DNA of 64,000 nucleotides from an uncultured bacterium (GTDB lineage Bacteria; Acidobacteriota; Thermoanaerobaculia; Multivoradales; JAHZIX01): NCBI GenBank assembly GCA_965368975.1, contig CBDUPA010000007.1, positions 160,001 to 224,000 of the forward strand, read 5' to 3'. Shown piece by piece: positions 56,357 to 64,000 of this stretch (position 1 is its first letter; each line of letters starts with the position of its first letter). The notes under the pieces were generated by a model. It saw only the letters and a program-made list of their open reading frames with translations, ran no database searches and was not told where the DNA came from. The position numbers and the translations under genes were made by a program.

Positions 56357-58315
56357 GTGAAGCAGCAGCAGTCTGCGCGTTTCCTGTCCGCAGGTAGCGG
56401 GCGGTCCTGTCTGGCTCTGCTGTTCTTCCTCGCTGCCTTGGTCACCAGCCAACCCGGACACGCAGCCGAGCTGCGCGTCGTCGTGACAGCGGCTGGTGCA
56501 GACGAACATGGTGGCCTGTGGGCCGTGATGACCGGCGACCACGAGTTCTTCCTCGAAGCCGAGCCGTTGGCTGGCGAAGGGCTGTACGCGTTCAGTCGTC
56601 GTCTCACAGGTGGCCGTGCGCGCGCTGCCGACATCCGCCGGGCTCACGGGGGGCGCAGCCGGCTCTACGCAGGCCGCCGCTATCGGCTGCCGCTCGACTG
56701 GGTCACCGAGCCCTTGCGGCGGCGAGCCCTGGCGGCTTTGCTGCCGGGGGACGGTGTACGGCCCGGCGAGTGGGTTCACGAGGTTCGCGACTATGACGGC
56801 TTGCCGCAGGAGAGTCTGTGGCGCGTCGCCGCACGCTTCACCGGCGATGGTCGCAACCATCCCCAGCTACGCCGACACAATGCTCTACCCGACAACGGGA
56901 TCTACCGCGGACAGAAGCTCCGCCTCCCCGCGGACCTGCTGCTGCCACTGTTTCGCAATCTGGTGCCCGATGCGCCGAGCGGCCCTGTGGAGACAGTCGG
57001 CGAACCCGCGACCGTCACAGCTGCGCCGCCGACCGGGCCGGCCGTGCCGACCGCTCCGATCCCGGAGCCGCCGCTACCGCGGGGCGAGAGTCCGCCGGCC
57101 ACCGAGACTCCGGAAGCCCAGCCCACGACCTCGACCACCCGTCCTACAGGCAGTCCGGCGGCTCCGGTGCGCGAACCCAACACCTACGATTTGGAATATG
57201 TGCGCGATGGCGACCAAGAGTTCGCCGTCTACCGTCTGAAGGCTGGAGAAGCCATCTACTCTGCGGTGGTCGTGCGCTTCACCGGCCGCATCTACGCCAC
57301 GGACGTCAACGCGCTGTCGGCTCAGCTGGCCCAGCTCAATGGAATCGAAGATGTGACCGACATGCCGATCGGGTTCCCGGTGCGTATCCCCTTCGACTTG
57401 CTACAGCCCGAGTTCCTGCCCCCGGGCCATCCACGGCGTCAGGAGTACGAGGAGGCGCAACTGGCCAGTGCCCAGTTCAGCAACACCGTGCGCTCTCGTG
57501 ACCTGGCCGGCATCACGATCGTGCTCGATGCCGGTCATGGTGGCCGCGATCCCGGGGCCTCGAAGGACGGCGTGTGGGAAAGCCTCTACGTCTACGACAT
57601 CCTGCTGCGCCTGCGCCAGTTCCTCCAAGAGCGCACCTCCGCCGAGGTCCACACCACCGTCCGCGACGGTGACAGCTATCGCATCATCGATCGCGACGTC
57701 CTGCCGTACACCCAGGGCCACAAGGTGCTCACCGATCCGCCCTATGACCTTGGTGACGGTGACCCGCGGGTCGGCGTGAACCTGCGCTGGTACCTGTCGA
57801 ACAGCCTGTACCGGCGGGCCCAGAGCCAGGGGCGCAACCACGAACAGGTCTTGTTCCTGTCGATTCACGCGGATTCGCTGCACCCGAGCATCCGCGGCGC
57901 CATGGTCTACATTCCCGACGCCCACCTGCGCCGCGGCAGCTACCAGAAGAGTGGCCGTGTCTACACCTCACGGCGTGAAGTGCGCGAGCAACCGCGGGTC
58001 AGCTTCTCGAACCAGGAGCGCACGCGCAGCCAGGGGCTGTCTCGCCAGCTCGCCGAGGAACTGATGGACGCCTTCCGCGACCGCGACCTCGGTATCCACC
58101 CGGACCAGCCGATCCGTCAGAAGATCTACCGTGGCCGGCGTCCCTGGGTGCCGGCGGTGCTGCGCTACAACGCGGTGCCGGCGTCGGTGCTGGTGGAAGT
58201 GTGCAACCTGGCCAACAGCGAGGACCGCAAGCTCCTGCAGAGTCGCGAGTTTCGCCAACACGCCGCAGAGGCGATCGCGGCCGGTATTCTGGCCTACTAC
58301 GAGAACTCGCGCTAG
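56357..58315 (+). CDS. N-acetylmuramoyl-L-alanine amidase with LysM-like N-terminal domains
   Basis: Signal peptide, ESLWRVA..FTG, Pro-rich linker, LDAGHGG.DPGA, SIHAD, VLVE. Start is approximate. Confidence 0.85.
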   Translation: MKQQQSARFLSAGSGRSCLALLFFLAALVTSQPGHAAELRVVVTAAGADEHGGLWAVMTGDHEFFLEAEPLAGEGLYAFSRRLTGGRARAADIRRAHGGRSRLYAGRRYRLPLDWVTEPLRRRALAALLPGDGVRPGEWVHEVRDYDGLPQESLWRVAARFTGDGRNHPQLRRHNALPDNGIYRGQKLRLPADLLLPLFRNLVPDAPSGPVETVGEPATVTAAPPTGPAVPTAPIPEPPLPRGESPPATETPEAQPTTSTTRPTGSPAAPVREPNTYDLEYVRDGDQEFAVYRLKAGEAIYSAVVVRFTGRIYATDVNALSAQLAQLNGIEDVTDMPIGFPVRIPFDLLQPEFLPPGHPRRQEYEEAQLASAQFSNTVRSRDLAGITIVLDAGHGGRDPGASKDGVWESLYVYDILLRLRQFLQERTSAEVHTTVRDGDSYRIIDRDVLPYTQGHKVLTDPPYDLGDGDPRVGVNLRWYLSNSLYRRAQSQGRNHEQVLFLSIHADSLHPSIRGAMVYIPDAHLRRGSYQKSGRVYTSRREVREQPRVSFSNQERTRSQGLSRQLAEELMDAFRDRDLGIHPDQPIRQKIYRGRRPWVPAVLRYNAVPASVLVEVCNLANSEDRKLLQSREFRQHAAEAIAAGILAYYENSR

Positions 58316-58358
58316 CTGGTACTTCTGCGCGACCGCCACGGTGAGTCCGGCAACGAAA

Positions 58359-58382
58359 CGAGGCGTGCCGAAGCACGCCTCG
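58359..58382 (-). terminator. Hairpin between the convergent amidase and glutaminase-like genes
   Basis: CGAGGCGTGC-cgaa-GCACGCCTCG; minus-strand tail TTTCGTT. Confidence 0.7.
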
Positions 58383-58472
58383 CAGATCTTCCGGCGGACT
58401 GATTGGCCCCAGCTCCTTGGAGGAGCCGGTTGTTGAGCCACGGATACTCTCTAGGCTTCTAGCAGGTCCTGA

Positions 58473-59432
58473 TCAGTTGCAGGACGGGTGCTGGAACAGC
58501 GGATCGACCCACTGGATCTGATCCAGCGGCTGCGGTAGCAGGAAGTCGGTCTTGGTGCGGACGCCACCGGCGTTGTCGATCGCGACGTGGATCGGCGTGC
58601 CGTCGGTGTAGGACGTGGTCGCGGCGTCGATGAACGCCTGGGGAGTTCCGGCCGGGAACTCGATCCACGCCTGCAGCCTGTCGAGGCCGATGATCATGTT
58701 GCCATTGCCGTTGAACTGGATGTCGACGACTGTCTGGTAGTGGTACTCCCAGCCTGTCGCCGGGTCGATGAAGATTGGGATGGTGGCATAGGCGGCGGCG
58801 CAGCCGTTGCTCGTCGCATTGACCGTGGCGACGCGGCTGGCGCGGGTGACACGCTTACCGTCGGTTTGGTCGGTGCCGTCGGTCGAGGGCTTGCCGTCTC
58901 CGTCCTCGCCCCGGCGCGCTTCGACTTCGCGCTCGGCGGCTTCCACGTCCTCGTCCGTGGTTGGTTCGCAGTAGTAGCCCCAGTAGGACCCGAACTTGCG
59001 CTCGTAAGTCCCGCCCGGGCACTCGTACTCGGTGTTCCAATCGTCTTCACTGAGAACCTCGCCTTCGAGGCCGTCCATGACGAAGGTCTCGACGCCGTTC
59101 TCGGTGTAGCAGGTCATGGTGCACGCCTGATGGTAGCGCCAGCCGGGGTAGGCACCCGGCGGCCACTTGACGAAGACCGTGTCGAGGTAGCAGCCTTCCG
59201 GCAGCTTGCCACTGTCCTGGATCGCCTTGCAGATCAGGATCGAGCGGGCCCAGCAGCCGTCCGAGGTGTCGCCGTTGTAGCCGAACGGGTCGCCGGGGGC
59301 GTTGACGATGTCGTCGTAGATGCCCTGGGCTGTGTCACACATGGCGGTGCCGGTGCTGGTGGCGAAGACGGCAGGGGTGAGTCCGAGCGCAAAGATTGCG
59401 CACAGGATACCGATAGTGATTCTGAATCGCAT
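58473..59432 (-). CDS. Secreted protein-glutamine glutaminase-like enzyme with an unknown C-terminal domain
   Basis: AAGGAG RBS, signal peptide, DGCWAR (Cys), GWRYHQA (His), VMD...W (Asp). Confidence 0.7.
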   Translation of the reverse strand: MRFRITIGILCAIFALGLTPAVFATSTGTAMCDTAQGIYDDIVNAPGDPFGYNGDTSDGCWARSILICKAIQDSGKLPEGCYLDTVFVKWPPGAYPGWRYHQACTMTCYTENGVETFVMDGLEGEVLSEDDWNTEYECPGGTYERKFGSYWGYYCEPTTDEDVEAAEREVEARRGEDGDGKPSTDGTDQTDGKRVTRASRVATVNATSNGCAAAYATIPIFIDPATGWEYHYQTVVDIQFNGNGNMIIGLDRLQAWIEFPAGTPQAFIDAATTSYTDGTPIHVAIDNAGGVRTKTDFLLPQPLDQIQWVDPLFQHPSCN

Positions 59433-59548
59433 TGTTACTCCTTCAACTCCAATGGTAGATGCGGCTCTGGCACTTCATGGCCGCTAGAAGATCGAAGGAA
59501 CGATAGCATGCGAATGCGTAGGACCCCAATCGAACTTATTTCTCGGGC

Positions 59549-62500
59549 TCAATGCAGGCTGTGGACGCCATGGTCGGCGGTACCGGCGTACAGACGGCCG
59601 GTGCCGTCGGTCACCAGCTGGGTGATACCGCGCGACAAGGCGCCGTGGGCACCGGCCGGTAGCGGCTGCCAGGAGTCGCCGCCGTCCGTACTTTGGTAGA
59701 TTCCGGTGTCCATTCCTGCGTAGATGGTGCCGTCATTCGCCACGGTGATCGAGCGCACGGGGCCCGGGGGCAGGCCCTGGTTGCCGGTAGCGGTCGCGAC
59801 GCCCGTGGAGCCGGCACGGAGCACGCCGTCCTCCAGAGTGGCGGCATAGAGGGTGCCGGGTTGGCTCGGGTCGAAGGCGAAGTCGAAGGTGGTGGGTCCC
59901 CGGAACTCTGTGCCGGCGATGGGTTCCCACTTGCCCGGGGCCGAGCGGAACAGGCCGGGACCGGCGGCGTAGAGGCGCGTGGGGTCCGAGGGATCGACAG
60001 CGACTCGGTAGAACGCCGGCGGTTGGTGGCTGGCGGAGACGGACGTCCAGGTGGTGCCGCCGTCCGTGCTCTTGAACAGGCTAGAGCTCGGGAAGTCGTA
60101 ATCGAAGATGTCCTGGCCCGCGACGTAGACGCTCATCGGATCGGTGGCATCGACGGCGAGGCTGAGCGGGAGGAAGGCTTGGAAGTTGGTGGGCTCGAGC
60201 CACGTCGCACCGCCGTTGTCGCTACGCCAGATGTTGAGCGGACCGCCGGCGTAGAGCACTTGTGGATCCGAGGGGGCCGCAGCCAGGCTGAGTGTGTTGC
60301 CCGCCGATGGCTCGTTGAGTCGCTGCCAGTTGTTGCCACCGTCGAGGCTGCGCCAGCCGCGACCGCCCGCGACCAGGAGCAGGTGACCTGCGACGGACGG
60401 GTGAGGAGTCAGTTCTTCGACCGGCCAGGCCTGCAGGCCGGCGTCCATCGGCGTCCACAGTACGCCACCGCCGCGCGTGCGCAGTACACCGGTATTGGTG
60501 GCCAGGTAGGCGCGGGGGCCGCTGCCTTCCGCGGTCAGGCCCGGGGCGTAGCGCACGGCGTGCAACTCTCTGGCGTCGAGGTCTGGATCGTCGACGCGCG
60601 TGTAGCTGACTCCGTCGTTCTCGCTGCGCAGCAACTGATCCGCGGCGGCTGCCAGGCGCACGTGGGGCTCCAGCGGGTGCACCGCCAGGGCGCGCAATCG
60701 CTGCGCTGGCAGGCCCTGTCCCCGCGGGTACCAGCGCTGACCATCGAAGCTCTCGAGCAGAGGCTTCAGGTAGCCGGTCGCCGCGATGCGCTCGGCGTCC
60801 ACAGGATCGGTGAACAGACGGGGACCGAGAGGGTCAGACCTCAGCTGCTGCCAGGAGTTGCCACCGTCGTCGCTACGCCACAGGCCGAACTGACGATCCG
60901 CCACAGGTTGATCGAGAGCGCAGGGGCGAGCCAGGACGGTGCTGCCATCCGTGGGCAGCGACAGCTGGCAGAAGGGGGGTTCACCCTCGTAGACCTGGGT
61001 CCAGGTGTCACCGGCGTCGAGACTGCGGTAGACGTTGCCCGCCGCCAGGTAGAGGGTGCCACCGAGGTGGGGATGCACGGCCAGCCGCTGGGGTAGGGGG
61101 AACCGGTCGGAGACGTCGACTTCTGTGCCCGCCGGGGGATCGCCGAGGCCGCTGGTCAGGAGCCGCCAGGCGAGCCCGGCGTCGTCACTGCGCCAGAGTC
61201 CGTCCTGACCGCCGTCGACGTAGATCCGGTCCGCGTCGTCGGCGTCGCAGTTCAGCTCCAGGATCTGTCCCGTTGGCAGGACGCCGCCCAGCTGCCAGCT
61301 CTGGGCACTGTCGCGGCTGACGAAGACGTGGTGCTGGGCCGCAGCGTAGACCGTCTCGTTGTGACTCGGACACACCGCCAGGTTGGCGATCGGGCCGCCT
61401 TGCGGACCCAGCGGTGTCCAGTCCGTGGTGCGGGGGACGAGCTGTGCTGCCGGGCTGGAGGCGGGCGTCGTCACTGAAGTGGTCTGGCTCCGCGTCGTCG
61501 TCGTGGGTGTCCGAGCTGCCGTCGCGAAGGGAGGAGACGGGCAACCGCGACAGGTGCGCGGCGGGGAAGTGGCTTCGAGAGGCCAGCGATAGAGCTGCTG
61601 TGGGGTCAGCACGTACAGGTCGTTGCCGAAGCGGGGTTCGAGCTTCAGGTCGCGCACCTCGACGCCCGTAGGCAGGCCGGTTTGCAGTGGTTGGAAACTG
61701 GTCCCACCGTCGATCGAGCGCAGGATCTCGTCAGCCATGGTGCGGACGAAGAGGACGCGATCATCGCGCGGATCACCTTCGACCAGGTCGAGGGACAGGC
61801 CTACTGCGCCCGCGGGGGTTTCAAAGGTCGCTCCGCCGTCGCTGCTCTTCAGGAGCTTGCTGTTCGCCACCACGTAGAGGGTCTGGTCGTCCGGCCCCCC
61901 GAAGGCAAGGTCTGCAACGTTGTAACGAAGGCCGTTGAAGTCGAAGGGCAGTAGGGTCTGCCAGTTCTCGCCGCCATTGCTGCTGCGGTAGAGGCCACCG
62001 CCGCCGATGTAGAGCCGATTCGGGTTGTGGGGAGCGAAGCTCAGGAACAGGTACTGGAGAGTGCCGATTGGGGACCACCGCTTCCATGTTTCGCCGCCGT
62101 CCAGGCTACGATAGCCAGAAAGAAACCTGTCGACGTCCTCCGTGGTGTAGCCGACGACGTAGGCGACGGACGGATCTCGCGGGTTGAAATGGGCCTCGAG
62201 GAAGGTGTTGATGCCGTAGATGCGGAACTGGTTCCAGGTGCGACCCTGGTTCTCGGTCTTGAGCAGGCGATCATTCAGGATCCAGAGGAAGCGAGCCGGG
62301 TCGAGCGGATCGATCGCGAGGGTCTGGGAGAAACTCGGAAGGTCGAACGACGGGTCCTGGTCCGGCGGCACCTTCATCCGCTGCCAGGTGCGGCCGCCGT
62401 CGTCGAGTTGCAAGAGGGCTTTGCCGAGGACGAAGAAGCGGCCGTGATCGCCGTGCGGATGGAAGTACAGTCTGCGCGCAGAGACGTCGAGCTGTTCGAG

Positions 62501-62629
62501 ATCTGGTCCCACGGGTTCCCAGCTCTGCGCCATGAGCGGGACCGATCCGACGCTCAGGCAGAGTCCGAGCATCAGCAAGCCGGTGAGTCGACGCAGACTG
62601 CGTTCTGACCTGTCTGGTCTGTTGTGCAT
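59549..62629 (-). CDS. Secreted BNR/Asp-box repeat beta-propeller protein (VPS10/YCF48-like)
   Basis: Many S-x-D-G-G-x-[TS]-W boxes; two W-x-P-[VL]-GP domain starts separated by a Thr-rich linker. Confidence 0.88.
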   Translation of the reverse strand: MHNRPDRSERSLRRLTGLLMLGLCLSVGSVPLMAQSWEPVGPDLEQLDVSARRLYFHPHGDHGRFFVLGKALLQLDDGGRTWQRMKVPPDQDPSFDLPSFSQTLAIDPLDPARFLWILNDRLLKTENQGRTWNQFRIYGINTFLEAHFNPRDPSVAYVVGYTTEDVDRFLSGYRSLDGGETWKRWSPIGTLQYLFLSFAPHNPNRLYIGGGGLYRSSNGGENWQTLLPFDFNGLRYNVADLAFGGPDDQTLYVVANSKLLKSSDGGATFETPAGAVGLSLDLVEGDPRDDRVLFVRTMADEILRSIDGGTSFQPLQTGLPTGVEVRDLKLEPRFGNDLYVLTPQQLYRWPLEATSPPRTCRGCPSPPFATAARTPTTTTRSQTTSVTTPASSPAAQLVPRTTDWTPLGPQGGPIANLAVCPSHNETVYAAAQHHVFVSRDSAQSWQLGGVLPTGQILELNCDADDADRIYVDGGQDGLWRSDDAGLAWRLLTSGLGDPPAGTEVDVSDRFPLPQRLAVHPHLGGTLYLAAGNVYRSLDAGDTWTQVYEGEPPFCQLSLPTDGSTVLARPCALDQPVADRQFGLWRSDDGGNSWQQLRSDPLGPRLFTDPVDAERIAATGYLKPLLESFDGQRWYPRGQGLPAQRLRALAVHPLEPHVRLAAAADQLLRSENDGVSYTRVDDPDLDARELHAVRYAPGLTAEGSGPRAYLATNTGVLRTRGGGVLWTPMDAGLQAWPVEELTPHPSVAGHLLLVAGGRGWRSLDGGNNWQRLNEPSAGNTLSLAAAPSDPQVLYAGGPLNIWRSDNGGATWLEPTNFQAFLPLSLAVDATDPMSVYVAGQDIFDYDFPSSSLFKSTDGGTTWTSVSASHQPPAFYRVAVDPSDPTRLYAAGPGLFRSAPGKWEPIAGTEFRGPTTFDFAFDPSQPGTLYAATLEDGVLRAGSTGVATATGNQGLPPGPVRSITVANDGTIYAGMDTGIYQSTDGGDSWQPLPAGAHGALSRGITQLVTDGTGRLYAGTADHGVHSLH

Positions 62630-62905
62630 GGGGGCTCCTCTCTCGGGGAGTGTTCACTCTTGGTATAGCACGCCGTTCTCAGGGGTACTGATGAAGATCA
62701 GCCCTGCGCTTGTGGAATGTTGCGAGAAGAACCTCGCGAGGTTCGGGCATGCGGGGGTTCCTCTTCGTAGGATAGGGAGGGCGTCGGCTCTCTTATGCTT
62801 TTTTAGCATTAGATGATCCGATCCACAAGCCTCAAAGAGGCTCCGGTCACTCGCACTGACGGTCTACGAGGCACTACAGCCGAGCTACTGTCGGAAGGGC
62901 TATCG

Positions 62906-64000
62906 TTACGGGATGACCAGCACCTGACGCGGATAGATCGTGTTCGATGTCAGGTTGTTGGCGCGTTTGAGGGCACCGATACTGATGCCGTAGCGGCGGG
63001 CGATCTTGCTCAGGTTGTCACCGCGACGCACCGTGTGGCGCTGCGCCTCGGTGCTGCTGGCGACCGTGGTGCTGGCAGCGCTGGAGGCACGCCAGTTGGC
63101 GCCTGGCGGAATCAGCAGTACCTGGCCGATCGAGATGCGGTGCACGCTGCGCAGGCGATTGGCGCGCTGCAGGGCGGCGGTCGTGGTGCCGAAGCGCCGC
63201 GCGATCTTGCCCAGGGTATCGCCGCTGCGGACCTTGTAGCGGAAGCCCAGTTGACGGTGCATCTTGCGTTCGTCCGGCAGGGCCGCGTAGGCGGCATGGA
63301 AGGTGTCGCCGGTGCCTGGCGGTACACGCAGCGAATAGTCCTTGGGCAGCAATAGGTTGCCGGACCACACTTCCCGGTTGAGGCCCGGGTTGAGCAGCTT
63401 CAGGGTCGACACGGAGATGCCGGCTTGGTTCGCCAGATCCTGTACCGCGATGTAGTGCTGGGTACGGAAGTCGTCGAACGTCATCAGTGGATCGGGCTGG
63501 ACGTCCGGGAAGTAGTGGTGGCGGTTCAGGTAGACCAGTGCCGCGGCCATGAATTCGGCATAGAAGTTGCGCGACGCGAAGCCAAAGCTGCGCGAGCGGT
63601 AGCGCTCGACGATGACGCCGAGATCGTCGGTGCCGAGGCTGCGCTTGGCGCGCGCCATGCCGTAGCGACCGTGGTTGTAGGCGGTGATCGCCAGGGGCCA
63701 GCTTCCCAGGTGCTGGTAGTTTTCGGCCAGGAGCCGTGCGGCCGCCTCGCTGGCGCGGATCGGGTCGTAGCGTTCGTCTTTCTCGAGATCGATGGCGAGG
63801 AAGCGGCGGCCCGTAGAGGGCATGAACTGCCACATTCCGGCGGCAGCGACGGCGGAGCGAGCGGTTTCCTGGAACATCGACTCGACGAACGGTATGCGCG
63901 TCAGTTCGGTGGGCAAGCCTTGATCGCGGAAGGCGGCCTCGAACCAGGGCAGGTAGCGTCCGCTGCGTTGCAGTGCGCCTGCGAAGACGTCACTCAGTCC
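62906..64000 (-). CDS. 5'-truncated lytic transglycosylase (MltD-like) with LysM domains
   Basis: Frame is open to the window edge; PFVESMF, AAGMWQFM, DERYDP, AITAYNHG, two C-terminal LysM domains. Confidence 0.92.
   Translation of the reverse strand, partial: GLSDVFAGALQRSGRYLPWFEAAFRDQGLPTELTRIPFVESMFQETARSAVAAAGMWQFMPSTGRRFLAIDLEKDERYDPIRASEAAARLLAENYQHLGSWPLAITAYNHGRYGMARAKRSLGTDDLGVIVERYRSRSFGFASRNFYAEFMAAALVYLNRHHYFPDVQPDPLMTFDDFRTQHYIAVQDLANQAGISVSTLKLLNPGLNREVWSGNLLLPKDYSLRVPPGTGDTFHAAYAALPDERKMHRQLGFRYKVRSGDTLGKIARRFGTTTAALQRANRLRSVHRISIGQVLLIPPGANWRASSAASTTVASSTEAQRHTVRRGDNLSKIARRYGISIGALKRANNLTSNTIYPRQVLVIP

Noticed and set aside
59468-59482. TGGCAC as a sigma54 -24 element
   Set aside because: No TTGC -12 element at the right spacing, and it is on the wrong strand for the adjacent gene.
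58587-61096. 370-aa and 467-aa plus-strand ORFs
   Set aside because: Antisense to the glutaminase-like and Asp-box genes, with no independent coding signals.

Overview
A gene-dense, GC-rich (about two-thirds GC by eye) bacterial chromosome segment. The gene content (Oar-type TonB receptor, YfhO-type membrane protein, Ser/Thr kinase-TPR with FHA-sigma54 activator, giant DUF2339 protein) suggests Acidobacteriota, possibly Thermoanaerobaculia; this is inference only. I see no rRNA, tRNA, CRISPR array, integrase or transposase. Housekeeping genes (gdhA, fabH, cydAB, lexA, pilT-like, gatCA, murein enzymes, HtrA, site-2 protease) are interleaved with accessory loci. The main ones are: (1) an aegerolysin-like gene with a partial upstream partner, a possible new binary pore-forming toxin; (2) four tandem secreted M43 metalloproteases with related terminators and, for three copies, consensus sigma70 promoters; (3) a ThiF/E1-like domain fused to a flavin-dependent Trp-type halogenase, coupled to a gdhA / receiver-dikinase operon; (4) a secreted 16-Cys thaumatin-like gene bracketed by a 76-bp duplication of the next gene's 5' end; (5) a kinase / FHA-sigma54 / small-protein triad; (6) an AsnB-type amidotransferase with an altered glutamine pocket next to fabH; (7) an orphan C-A-T-TE NRPS; (8) a secreted protein-glutaminase-like enzyme. 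All family calls come from motif recognition by eye; no searches were run.
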